64,000 nt of DNA from Octopus sinensis (GCF_006345805.1 NC_042998.1:15562001-15626000); one strand, 5' to 3'; shown: positions 37,955 through 51,392, counted from the stretch's first letter. The notes: generated by a model not told the origin, from the letters alone. A program made the numbers and translations.

Positions 37955-38830
37955 CATATATTCGACAGGCTTCTTTCCGTTTCCGTCTACAAATCCACTC
38001 ACAAGGCATTAGTCGGCCCGAGGCTATAGCAGAAGATACTTGCCCAGGATACCATGCAGTGGGACTGAACCCGGAACCATGTGGTTGGTTAGCAAGCTAC
38101 TTACCACACAACCACTCCTGCGCCTGTATAAGCTCGGTCTTGTGAACAGATAGAATCGAGAAGATCCTCATTGACTGACCAATGGGGATGCTCTTTGACG
38201 TGTGAAAATTGAAAACAATTGCTGGCATATCTTCCAGATCCCCATTTTGACGTTGAATTATAACTGAGGATGAAAAATGGATATATTTTCGTAATTCCGA
38301 TGAGAAATATCATTGGCTTCGTTCCAGCAGAATTTCAGAACCTGGGGTCTAACAGGGGCGGTGTGAAGAGAAGGTCGTATTGTTTGACTGATGCAATTTA
38401 GAGGTTGCGTATGTTGTTGCATTTTCAGCATGTTCCAGATGGCCATGGTATGAACAGTGAACTTTATACTCAACAATTGTAGCGATTATACGACGCTTTG
38501 GAAGCCTGCAACGAGGAATTGGTCAATGGAAGATGCTCAGCCTTACAACAAGAGAATGTCTCAGCCTCACACTTCCAACGTGATCAAGCACAAACGTGAG
38601 AAGCTGGAAGTGCTGACTCGCTGTGCATACAGCCCAGACATTGCAACATCAAATTGCAACATTTCTGTAGCTATTGCTCGTTTTGTGGACAGACGGTGGT
38701 CCGACAATGTCAATGATGTCGAAAACGGATGCGAAAAGTATCTTTCTCTCTAAATAAGCTAAATGGTTTCTGGCAAAATGATGGCAACAGGCAAAAGAAT
38801 ATGGTGGTATATATACTGGAGAATAAAATC
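37390..38830 (+). mobile_element. Decayed mariner transposase interrupted by a SINE
   Basis: LITEDEKWIY (cf. IVTGDEKW) and EVLTRCAYSPDIATSNC (cf. PPYSPDLAPSDY); TIRs not identified. Confidence 0.75.
37700..38125 (-). mobile_element. SINE family A, full length
   Basis: Matches 15592-15997. Confidence 0.93.
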
Positions 38831-39059
38831 ATTTATTATGTAATTTGTTTGATCTATTAATTAAACCATGAAATTTAAAAAGAAAACAACGATATGTTTG
38901 AATGTTAAACGAGAGAGATAAGAGAAAACTTTAAAGGATTTGGTGGTAGAAGTAGCAGTATCTGGCACAATCACACGATTCTCATTGCAGTCAAATTCGA
39001 TCGAGCACTTTAATAACTGGTCTATGGATTAATATTAGTGTTCTCCCATACATATGTGT

Positions 39060-39065
39060 GTCTGA

Positions 39066-39162
<97 letters not shown>

Positions 39163-39178
39163 ATCTATCTATCAATCA

Positions 39179-39227
<49 letters not shown>

Positions 39228-39802
39228 GCTAGCTAGCTAGCTAGCTAGCTAGCTATCCATCCATCCATCCACCCATCCATCCATCCATTCATCCGTCCGT
39301 CCGTCCGTCCCTCTGTCTGTCTGTCTGTCTGCCTGTCCATCTGTCTGTCTGTCTGTCTATCTATCTATATGTATATTCGTGTGTGTATGTGTGTGTGTGT
39401 GTGGTGTGTGTGTGTGTGTTTGTGTGTCCTTATGCGTGCACGAGTGCGTGTTCGAGTGCGTGCGCGAGTATTTTGTTTTGCGAAAAATGTGGAAAACAAT
39501 ATTTTGGAAAAGTCATATTATGATGTTGAGTCGTATACGTAAATACACTCAACCGTTGTTTTTGTGTATATTTCGTTGATGAAAAAACTTTTTAACCACA
39601 CTTCCTGTGACATTATCACTGTAGAAAGTAGAAAAAATATATATATACAGAGAGAGCTGCTGCTAAATGTGTTTACGGTATTTAATCATAATTTATCGAA
39701 AGACTAGGAATCTCTCTCTTGTGCCTCACGCCTATTCTCTTTAAATATATATAATTTGAAGAAAAAGAGAGAGGGGTAGAATGCAGGAAAAGAAGAGTAT
39801 AC

Positions 39803-39837
<35 letters not shown>

Positions 39838-39903
39838 TGTATGTATGTATGTATGTATGTATGTATATATAATATATATATATATATAGAGAGAGAGAGA
39901 TAT

Positions 39904-39988
<85 letters not shown>

Positions 39989-39989
39989 C

Positions 39990-40050
<61 letters not shown>
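39060..40050. repeat. (TCTA),(TCTG),(CTAG),(TCCA),(TG),(TATG),(TA) microsatellite cluster
   Basis: Directly visible. Confidence 0.95.
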
Positions 40051-40051
<1 letters not shown>

Positions 40052-40524
40052 GTCAAGAGCAATTCATAAGCCAAACCAAAAACAGTCTACGTCAGAGGAT
40101 GACTCTACAAAGATTCCAGATCAAAATTCGGGAATACGGAAAAATAGCATTTAGCGAAGACATCGACATTTGCGCCATTAACAACTAGTCCAGCTTCAAA
40201 ATTTTTCGCCTCTACAAATTCAGGGATGATGCAACATGTGGTCAGCGCGTTAGTAAAGAGTCATGTGTTATCACAAAATATAAACCCCTTATAAATGCGT
40301 CCGCCACAAATGACACTATTACAAGAGCCTTACTAAAATACCCACGCAAATATGAAAAACGACATATTCAGAACAGTCATTACCCATGAATTTATTCAGA
40401 ACAATTCCAATCACTGATATTACAGCCACAACAGATCACTTTTAGTTCCCTTGATCATTTAAGAGGATTCCATCAACATCTTACTATTGTCATATCACTC
40501 AGTTTTTTTTATTTATTAATCTTT

Positions 40525-40800
40525 CTCTTCTTTTCCTACTCCCTCTTCTCCTTGTTGTTGTTGTTGTTCTTCTTCTTCTTCTTCTTTTTCCTCTTCTTCA
40601 TCTTCTTGTTCTTGTTCTTGTTCTCGTTCTTGTTCTTGTTCTTCTTGTTCTTGTTCTTCTTGTTCTTGTTCTTGTTCTTCTTCTTCCTCTTCTTCTTATT
40701 CTTCTTGTTCTTGTTCTTCTTGTTCTTCTTGTTCTTGTTCTTCTTCTTCTTCTTCTTCTTCTTCTTCTTCTTCTTCTTCTTCAGTTTCTTCTTCGTCGCC
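40525..40800. repeat. (TTC/TTG)n trinucleotide tract
   Basis: Directly visible; explains the poly-K/N and poly-F/L ORFs. Confidence 0.95.
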
Positions 40801-41092
40801 TCGTTCCTCAACTACTACTGCTGCTTAAACAATTAAATCCCAGAACACGTATCTCATGCTACCAAGATCTCACATTAGTAAAAAAAAAAGAGAGACAGAG
40901 ACAGACAGAAAAAGAAAATGTCCATTGCATTTGAAAACCATGAAAATATTTTTAAAAAGCATTTTATTTAATTTTCCCATAATTTGTTATTTACGCTTTA
41001 CTCTAAGTTGAAAAAGACGCAAAGTCTGCAACCGGTACTAAAATGTTCTTCATGATAAAATTTTTCTATCATTTTCTACCTCGTCGTATTTT

Positions 41093-41145
<53 letters not shown>

Positions 41146-41195
41146 AGCACACACACACAAATATATATATATATATATATAATATATCTATCTAT

Positions 41196-41233
<38 letters not shown>

Positions 41234-41268
41234 ATATATATATATATATATGTGCATGCACAAATATA

Positions 41269-41330
<62 letters not shown>

Positions 41331-41351
41331 TGCACAAATATATAAATATAC

Positions 41352-41755
41352 TATTCTTTATTTGTTTCAGTCATTTGGCTACAACCATGCTTGAGTACCG
41401 CCTTTAGTAGAGCAAATCGACCTCCGGACTTATTCTTTGAAAGTCTAGTACTTATACTTTCGGTCCTTTTTGCCGAACTTCTAGCTTACGGTAACGTAAA
41501 CACACCAGCATCAGATGTCAAGCGATGTTGGGGATAGGCGGTGGGCACAAACACAGACACACAAACATATGAATACATAATATATATATATACAACGGGC
41601 TTCTTTCAGTTTCTGTCTACCGAATCGCTCACAAGGCTTTCGTTGGCGCGAAGCTATAGTTGAAGACACTTGCCCAAGATGCCATGCAGCGGGACTGAAT
41701 CCGGAACCATGTGGTTGGTAAGCAAGCTACTTATCGCACAGATGCTCTTGCGCCT
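41352..41755 (-). mobile_element. SINE family A, diverged
   Basis: Matches the other family A copies. Confidence 0.88.
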
Positions 41756-41777
41756 AAATATATATATATATAATATA

Positions 41778-41817
<40 letters not shown>

Positions 41818-41869
41818 TCACACACGTATATACATATATATACATATATATGTATACATATATATATAT

Positions 41870-41950
41870 TCCTAAGCGTTATACTAATACATCTGTTTTC
41901 TGCACCACCTGTCTTCGTCTTTTGTTTTTTTTCGTAAATCCTCCCTATAT
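41870..41950 (+). mobile_element. 3' fragment of the 23133/44528 repeat
   Basis: GCGTTATACTAATACATCTG..CCACCTGTCTTCGTCTTTTG. Confidence 0.8.
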
Positions 41951-42765
41951 ATACGTAAAGATTGATACAGACACGTCACGCCCGCACACACACAAAAACA
42001 CATATACCTCCGACCTTAAATGTACCATGTATGCATTAAAGCGTAGTGAAACCCGGTTATCTATTGATCTTTTCTAAATAGTTATTTGATAATTTTCTAG
42101 ACATCAAATGGCGGCAATATATTGTGATGAGTTCCGATAGCCTAATTTCGGATCAAGGATCTGGTAGTGTACTACACACGTTATTTTTAATGTAGTGTAA
42201 TAAATACATTCTTCCTTTTGTTTATATATAGACACGAGTAAAGCTAAAATCGACTATTATATATTTATATGGTTATATTCATCTCATAATTTCCCAAACG
42301 TCATCGTAATTACTGAGCTGACTTCTTTAGTACCGTTTCGGAAGTACCTGTACTACTCATGGCGTTAGCTTGTGAACATATTCTCCTTATCGTCTATGAA
42401 ACAGGTAGACGCTGGCGCTATCTATCATGAAAGTGTAGATCACATTCTTTTTAAAGAACACTGCAAATAGTTTATGACTAAAAGCAACGTAAGTTTTCGA
42501 TATTTCCTCATCATTTGTATTTTGAAATGGTGAAGGGTGGTGGTTTGGTGCGTGGAGGTACCTGGTTCACGACTGCACAGATGTAAACTAATCCCGGTGG
42601 AGTGTTATCGCTCATTAATGCATTCATTTCACTGTACTGCAGTCCACTCAGCTGTCAAAAAAGTATTTGTATTTCAAAGGTCCTACCTTGACATATGCCA
42701 TCTCTCGCTAATGTGTCCGAGAACTACGTTAAGGGTACGCATATCTGTGGACTATGCAGGCACTT

Positions 42766-42997
42766 ATTTCTTTACTGCCCACAAGGGGCTAATCATAGAG
42801 GAGACAGTCAAGGACAGACAAGCGGATTAAGTCGATTATATCGACCCCAGTGCGTAACTGGTACTTATTTAATCGACCCCGAAAGGATGAAAGGCAAATT
42901 CGACCTCGGCGGAATAGGAACTCACAACGTAGCGGCAGGCGGAATGCCGCTAAGCATTTCGCCCGGCGTGCTAATGATTCTGCCAGCCCGCCGCCTT
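42766..42997 (-). mobile_element. SINE family B with 18-bp TSD
   Basis: TGGACTATGCAG(G/C)CACTT at 42748-42765 and 42998-43015. Confidence 0.93.
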
Positions 42998-43462
42998 TGG
43001 ACTATGCAGCCACTTGCACGTTACTTATACACGTTAATTTTACGACGTTAATTTTACGTTGATCAGATCAACGCGGACCCTCCATGTCGTAACCGACGGA
43101 GGGCCAGTTTTCAAATATCTTCGAATTTGTAGCATTTGTAGGTGATAGAATCAATTTGAAAGGGACAATAAGATAATGCAATGATTTTACACGTCTACTT
43201 CTTATGCAATTATACAAAATGGTGTTCCTCACTCAACGCTTCGTAAATGCCAAAAGAAAGGTTCCTTTGGCAATATTTCACCTCGCTATGCTTGCATCAT
43301 TATTCATCCTTTGTAAGTGACAGAACGTGGTGTGGATTTAGATGTTCACGCACGCGCGTGCACACACACAATCAAGTACACACATACACACGTTCACAGT
43401 CACTCATATATACAAGGATGTATTTATGTATATGCCTGGAGAGATATGTAGAAATATACACA

Positions 43463-43497
<35 letters not shown>

Positions 43498-43559
43498 CGT
43501 ATATATATATATATATATATGCATATATATATATATATGTACACATACACATGTATATG

Positions 43560-43590
<31 letters not shown>

Positions 43591-44431
43591 GTATTTATTT
43601 GATTTTTTTAAACATGCTATCGCTAAGTCACTGCCTATGTAATAATACATTGTATGCAAATATGTATCTACATACATATAGTAATGTATGTAGATACGTA
43701 TACATTCATACATTCATACCTATACATACATACACACAATTACACACAAATGTACACTACACACACTCACGCATACGCAAACACACGCACACATACATAC
43801 ATTCACAGACATGTCTTATTTAATAATACGAGTAAATTCATTCATGTACATCCGTAGGTAAAATTCCATACACGGAAACTGTTCGACACACACAAACACA
43901 CACAATTTCTTTTTTTATCGTTACCCATTTTTATATACCTATCTCGCTCTCTCTATTTATACCCAATAAATTTGATGTCCAATAAGAAATCTAAAGATAT
44001 AATAAACAATTATGAATGATTACAAAGGGTAGTATGCACATACGATATGACATACCACAAAAGAGAATCACACACAATCAGGCTTGTTAATCATAATATG
44101 ATACAGAGCGGATTTGATATTAATGCAATACTTTGTGATCGATTCTCTTTTAATTGCAATGTTTGATCAAATTTAATGCTGATATCAAAATTTACAAAGA
44201 CTTGCACACACACACACATATACACACACATATTTATACACAAACATAGAAACACGAGTAAATGTGTGTGGCTATGTGAGCGTATGTATAAACGCATCTG
44301 TACAGAACTACTACTTTGCAATATCAAGCGTATACCAACTTAAATCCTTCGCATTCACAAGAACGCAATTTCTATCTCATACACGCACCCGCACAAACAC
44401 GTCCAGACATGCACACACAGGTGTATATATA

Positions 44432-44527
<96 letters not shown>

Positions 44528-44723
44528 GAGAGATCGTTAGCTCGTACACACATTTTTTTCTCTCCTTGTTCCTCTCCTTGTTTTTTTCTGTGTAACTTTC
44601 TGCCGAAGAGCGTAGGCTCGAGACGTAAAAGACTTTTTCTATTCCTGAGCGTTATACTAATACATTTGTTTGTTTGTACTCCACCTGCCTTCGTCTTTTG
44701 TTTATTTTCGTAAACTTTCCCTT

Positions 44724-44725
<2 letters not shown>
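44528..44725 (+). mobile_element. Microsatellite-embedded repeat with minimal hammerhead-like motif at 44596-44631
   Basis: CTTT-CTGCCGA-A-GAGC GTAG GCTC-GAGAC-GTA-AAAG; homologous to 23133-23320. Confidence 0.75.
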
Positions 44726-44790
<65 letters not shown>

Positions 44791-44794
44791 TCGT

Positions 44795-44940
44795 GCCTGT
44801 TGTGTTCTTGACCAAGACACTTTATTTCACGTTGCTCCAGTTCACTCAGTTGTAGAAATGAGTTGCGCCGTCACAAGTGCCAAGCTGTATCGGCCCCTTT
44901 GCCTTTCTCTTGGGGAACACTGGTGGCGTAGAGAAGGGAC
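44795..44940 (+). mobile_element. 5'-truncated SINE sharing the central domain of family C
   Basis: TTGACCAAGACACTTTATTTCACGTTGCTCCAGTTCACTCAG matches the reverse complement of 55263-55320. Confidence 0.7.
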
Positions 44941-45329
44941 CATGAGCAGACCGAGAATCTCTGAAGAGCGCGCATTTTCTGCTATCTTTTTGGCATCATT
45001 AGCTACCTTTCTTCAACAAGATACTAAGGACTTGCTATATCGGCATTTGATTTGGTTATTTCTTGATGTTCTTTCATCGTTTCTTCTACTACTATTATTA
45101 AATTTGCCGTTTCTGCCACATTATTTTCCATCGTTAATATTTCTGCAGCCGTTGTTGCTTTTGTTATTCCCGTTATTTTTAAAATCAGTATGCTTCCTAT
45201 ATGGAACAAAACCGTCAAATATTAGATGCTACCACGTATGCTATCAATGCTAAATCTATGTGGTACGCGCAACTGGTTTGTATTTGATCTGTGTAAGTGA
45301 ACACTAGATTTTAAAAGATATTTTATCTT

Positions 45330-45645
45330 TTACCTGTTTCAGTCATTTAACTGCGGCCATGCTGGGGCTCGCCTAGAATTTGTAGTCGAATGAACCAACC
45401 CCAGTGGTTATTTTAAGACTGGTATTTAGTCTATCGATTTCTTTGGTGGAACCGCTAAGCTACGGGGACATAAACAGACAAACACCGGTTGTCATCTGGT
45501 TATGGTGGGGTGGAGGACAAACACAGACGCACACATAAAAATACATGCACGACGGGTTTTCTATCAGTTTCCACAAACCAAATCCTCTCATAAGGCTTTG
45601 GTTGGCCCGAGGCTAGAGTAGAAAACACTTGCCCAAAGTACCACG
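45330..45645 (-). mobile_element. Diverged family A-like SINE lacking its head
   Basis: GTTTCAGTCATTTAACTGCGGCCATGCTGG...GGTTGGCCCGAGGCTAGAGTAGAAAACACTTGCCCAAAG. Confidence 0.8.
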
Positions 45646-46100
45646 TTATATACGGACCAAACTTCCACCCCAATTCACAATCATTTCATGGCATTAGCTC
45701 TTAAGATTGTGCCACTACCCTCAAAGGAAATACACATTTTCTTTAACAAATTAGAACCTCGACTCCTCTTTTTCTCTTCGTCCTCTTTTCTTCGATGTAC
45801 GAAAATACTTTTTAAAATTATTTGTCAAAATTATTAATTAACACTCACCGGTAAAATTTCCACTTAATTCTTATTTTTATTTTCCTAAAATGTCCGTTGC
45901 GTCTTGCAACCTTTTCAATAGTCTTGACTCTGTCCGTTATTTACACTGCAGTGTAAATTTACACGCAGGGACTGGATTGATTATCAGAGCAGTTGTAAGC
46001 ACATAAAAGACTATTGACAGCTTGTGTATACCTAAGGTTACCGGTAGTAAGCCGCTACATTCAAAATCCTACCAAGAATTAGACAGAACTTGAGTCACAT

Positions 46101-46160
<60 letters not shown>

Positions 46161-46163
<3 letters not shown>

Positions 46164-48384
46164 GAAGGGGAAAACCATCTTAATTCCCAAATCAAATGAA
46201 ACAACAAAACCAGAAAACTACAGACCAATAACCTGCCTCCCTACTATGTTCAAGGCATTTACTGCAGTGATATCGCAAAGGCTGAACAAGCACCTGGACG
46301 AAAACAAACTGTTCCCAGAAGAGCAGAAAGGATGCCGCAAGGGCTCATATGGCTGTAAAGATCAACTAATTATTAATAAAGCCGTAACTGAAGACAGCCA
46401 CAGAAAGAAGAAAGGCCTCAGTATGGCCTGGATTGACTACAAAAAGGCGTTTGATAGCATCCCCCACACATGGATCCTCGAAACACTAGCCATTAACAAA
46501 GTAGCACCAACAATCATAAAATTCATAGAGCACTCTATGAATAAATGGCAAACAGTCCTACACCTCCAAACAAAAGAGTGACTCATGAAAACCAAAGACA
46601 TCCCCATTAGAAGAGGAATATTCCAGGGAGACACGCTCTCTCCACTCCTTTTCTGCTTGGCACTGTCACCTCTATCTGATATGCTAAATAGAACTGGATG
46701 CGGATATAAATGTTACGGCAAAACGATCAGCCACCTTTTATATATGGACGACCTAAAACTATACGCTGCAAATGACAAACAGCTGGAAATACTATTAAAG
46801 ACATTTCATGGATTTACCAAAGAAATAGATATGAAATTTGGATTAGAAAAATGCGCCAAAGTAACCATGAAAAGAGGAAAACTAGTTAAGAGTAACAACA
46901 TCACACTAGATAAAACCAATGAAATAAAAGAATTAGACCAAAGTCAAACTTACAAATACTTAGGAATCCATGAACTAGATAAGACACAACACACACAAAT
47001 GAAAGAGAAAATAAAAAAAGAATATTATAGACGAGTTAGATCATACTAAAAACAAGATAATAGGTATCAACACTTTAGCTGTCCAGTAAGTAATAAGTTA
47101 CAGCTACAATATCCTTAACTGGACACGAAATGAACTGTCCAAAATAGATAGGAAAACAAGAAAAATACTGACAGGATCTAGGATGCATCACCCAAAATCT
47201 GACATAGAAAGACTATATATACAACGTATAGAAGGTGGTAGAAGCTTTATACAGCTGGAAAACTACTATAAATAACCACCATAGGACTGCAATATACTTA
47301 CTTCAGAAGGAAGGAAAACTGATCCAGATAGCAGCAAAACACGAGCAAAAAAAAAACTGTTCTCAGTATTTAAGGAAGCTGACAAATACAAACAAGAAAT
47401 CATACCACCTAATAAACAAGAAGAAGAAGAAGAAGAAGAAGATGATGAAGAAACAACAAAAGCTATAAAACAAATGAAATCCAAACTTAAAATAGAACAG
47501 CAATGAGCCATGATAAAACGATGGCAAGAAAAGCCCCTTCATGGTAAATACTGCACTAAACTAAACGCAAAAGAAATAGACAAAGAAAAATCCCAGCAAT
47601 GGTTGAGAAGCTCAGGACTCAAAGCAGAAACAGAGGGATTTTTAATTGCAGCACAAGACCAAAGCCTCCCCACCAGAAATTACCAAAAACATGTAATGAA
47701 AAGAAATATTACAAGTAACTGCAGAATATGTGGAGATGGACAAGAAACAATAAATCATATTATCTCTAGCTGCCCAGTCCTGGCTAAGAAGGAATATATT
47801 CACAGACATGACAGAGTTGGAACCTACATACATTGGAAGCTATGCCAACATTATGGAATAACAACAGAAAAAAGATGGTATAGACACACACCAGAAAAGG
47901 TCACAGTAAACGAGAAAGGAACCATACTCTGGGATATGCCGATACACACAGATAGAGAAATTATGGCCAACAGACCAGATATAGTTGTCAGAGATCATGA
48001 AGAAAAAAATGCTTTCTAATTGATGTATCAATACCGGCAGATGACAACGTGTCTCTAAAAGAAATGGAGAAACTCTGAAAATACAAAGACCTGGAAATAG
48101 AGGTAACTAGAATGTGGAACCTGAAAACAGAAACAATTCCTATCATAGTAGGTGCATTAGGCATGATAAAAAATATTCAGACAAATACATAACAAAAACA
48201 CCAGGACTTACAAACACATATAACATACAGAAAATTGCACTACTAGGCACTGCACACATCCTACGCAGAACACTTTCCATACAATAACCATCAGAGCATC
48301 ACAACAAATCACAGCACATACCCAAGGCACACAGAGCTGCGTCGGTCGGTAGTGAAGTGAAAGCACGCTATAAAAATAAAACTA

Positions 48385-48388
<4 letters not shown>
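46161..48388 (+). mobile_element. R4/Dong-clade non-LTR retrotransposon (RT, CCHC zinc knuckle, RLE), 5'-truncated, flanked by (AAT)n on both sides
   Basis: NYRPITCL, EQKGCR, WIDYKKAFDSIPH, GIFQGDTLSPLLF, YMDDLKLY, CRICG..ETINHIISSC, RHDRVG, RPDIVV, then IDVSIP..KYKDLE; one in-frame stop at 46579 and a few frameshifts. Confidence 0.93.
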
Positions 48389-48438
<50 letters not shown>

Positions 48439-48500
48439 TAATTATTATTATTATTATTATTATTATATTATTATTATTATTATTATAATAATAATGATAA
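48389..48500. repeat. (AAT)n directly joined to (ATT)n, forming an inverted microsatellite
   Basis: ...AATAATAATAATTAATTATTATTATT... directly visible. Confidence 0.9.
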
Positions 48501-48501
48501 T

Positions 48502-48756
48502 GGGCATCTCAAGGCTTACCATCCTGCAAGAAGTGCAAAAGATTGACTTAACTGGTACATCACACGTATTGAGAAGAGCATTGTCGATTTGAGAACTGTT
48601 GCTGCTCATGTATTTTAATTTAACTTAAAAAAAAAAAAGAACGAACTACTAAGTTTGGTTTAATGGCCTACCAATGTATACTATGAGTTTCTTTGCTCTA
48701 GGAGTCGGGAAGACACTCGGCAAGAAATGGAAACAAATTTGAAAGAAGAAAAAAAA

Positions 48757-48758
<2 letters not shown>
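48502..48758 (+). mobile_element. Extreme 3' end of a second R4-type LINE family between AAT runs
   Basis: Matches 60477-60586 (LQEVQK..TGTSHVLRRALS). Confidence 0.8.
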
Positions 48759-48790
<32 letters not shown>

Positions 48791-48799
48791 TAATAATAA

Positions 48800-49321
48800 T
48801 ATCTGATCTTAACTGATTGGAAGTGTCATCATGTACATTGTTTTTTCTTGGTATAAAAGATGGGCTACAGCAAATATTCTGTTCAATAACACAGATTTGC
48901 TTGTCAGTTGTTTGACCTTAACCAGTTGAGCATGTCCCTTAGTGGCTGACGATATGTGCATCTCTGGTCACGAGTAGAAGTAGTGGGGGAGCATCATAGC
49001 CATGTGCTGAGAGGGATTCTTTGGGGTTTGTATAATTCACCTCTGGAAATATGGGTGGTTCTTTCAACATCATTAAACAACCTTTATTCAGGAACCTTTT
49101 GAGCGGGATGGGCTACTCGACCTGAAGAAAATTCTAACTGGGTCCCACCTGCAAGGTCATGCGCTGTTTACCTTGATATGAGATCACCATGTCGCGCGCA
49201 CATATGGTTGTGATGCATGTGCCTGGTGTACTCTTTTCAGACGGGTAGTCATGAGGGGTATATTGGGCTTCGTATATTTTACCCCAGTGTCACTTTGATG
49301 GCATGCACTGCTCTCTCACTC
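48800..49321 (+). mobile_element. Non-coding (AAT)n-tailed element
   Basis: Second copy at 60799-61068; both end ...GCACTGCTCTCTCACTC|AATAAT. Confidence 0.8.
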
Positions 49322-49357
49322 AATAATAATAATAATAATAATAGTGATGATAATAAA

Positions 49358-49414
<57 letters not shown>

Positions 49415-49490
49415 TGTAATAAAAATAATAATAATAATAATAATAATCATAATAATAATAATAATAATAGTAATAATAATAATAATAATA
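49322..49490. repeat. (AAT)n array
   Basis: Directly visible. Confidence 0.95.
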
Positions 49491-49774
49491 GCATCTAATT
49501 TAGCCCCAACACAAACAATTTTTAGATGGGCTGGTTAAATTAATACCATCAACTAGACAGATTAACATTTTACCGACTCCCGCGTGATGAATATAAATTC
49601 CCAAATAAACCCGATACTGCCACATGACGAAGTTCTTAACAATTTCAAGTATTTATAAATCACTTTGCGATTTGATTCCGGGACCATTTACTGTCATGGC
49701 CTAGAACGTGCTCACTTCTGTCGACTGAAATCGTGGTTATCCCGAGCAAAATCACAATAACATACTGTTTTCAG

Positions 49775-49809
49775 CTTTACAAAACAAAACAAGCACCGGT
49801 TTATACGAT
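49775..49809 (+). CDS. Candidate 35-nt exon of an unknown host gene
   Basis: TGTTTTCAG acceptor, GTAAGT donor, open in all three frames; no homology recognised. Confidence 0.2.
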
Positions 49810-50431
49810 GTAAGTTTTGATTTAAAAGGACAGCCATATTACATTTGAAATCATGCCATCATAGACATGATCGAGAACTACAATTACCGCATCCAAATCA
49901 ACAACGACAGCGACCACGCCTGTGGCAAAGACCACATTAATAATTATATTGAATGTAAAGTTCCACCTACGTCATCGCAGCGATTCGTCTATTCTTACCC
50001 AACGGTTATACAATATTTATTCATATAAAGCATCTTACAATGGTGACTGATGGTGAGAATTTTACAAAGGATGTTAAAATACGTTGGCACAATCAGAGTA
50101 CCCAGGGCTAAAAGACAACGAGCTTAGATACATTTTAAATAACGCATGAACAATGTTTCGCGTAGCCCAGCACAGAGACAGCAGCAGCAACACCTACTTG
50201 ATAATATTGACGTCATTAAGATAATAAACAATATAGAATTCAAATTTTGTGAAAAGTATACAGAATTGTGGTGTGTTGGTAAAATCGATTGAACAATATG
50301 CACGTCTTAATTATCATATCGAACTCGGAATACAAAATTTGAAAGTCGATTCTAATCACATTTCAATTTAAAATTTAATGAAACACATTTTGTCCACCTA
50401 GCTCTTGGTTACGACACGAATTTCTCTAATA

Positions 50432-50499
<68 letters not shown>

Positions 50500-50608
50500 T
50501 TTTATATATTTTAATATTTATATTTTATTTAATTTATATTAAACATTTTTTATGTATTGGATTAAGTCTTTCTTTGTTTGATTTGCAAAATAGTGGTTTT
50601 GTCTCTAA

Positions 50609-50673
<65 letters not shown>

Positions 50674-51257
50674 TAACGTAATGACACAGACAATGGATGC
50701 TGGTAGCGATAATATGCTGGTGCCGATAATATGGTTGGATGAAAGAAAGATATTATTCTCTGAAGGGAATTCAACTCAGAACCTAAAGAAATGATATACA
50801 TTTGTTACCACGCTGTGACGTTTATGACATTCACTGCCCTCAAAACAAATATATTCTTAATAACATTAACATATTTTATTATGAAAAAGGCACAAATACA
50901 TTAAGAGATATTATTATACAATGAAATATAATAGAATGCAATGAAAAATTGACAACTAAACACAAATGTCTCTATTTAGAAGTGCGAATGCATACATAAT
51001 TAGATATAATGGATGCATGTATAATTAAATCGGGGGTGCTTAAATATGCATGCATATGTAATTATGCATACTTAAAGAAATTACATGAATAAATATATTT
51101 CTCAAAACACCGACGTACAAAAGAGGAATGATTATTCAAATCACACCGCGTCCTCAACTGACATTAAATCTCGAACTTGTTCATCCCCGCCCACCTCTCT
51201 GCACTATTTCTCCGGCTATAATAAAGCATACACTAACGTCAAATCAGCGCTTTTTTT

Positions 51258-51307
51258 AATAATAATAATAATAATTTTTAATAATAATAATAATCATAAT
51301 AATGATG

Positions 51308-51392
<85 letters not shown>

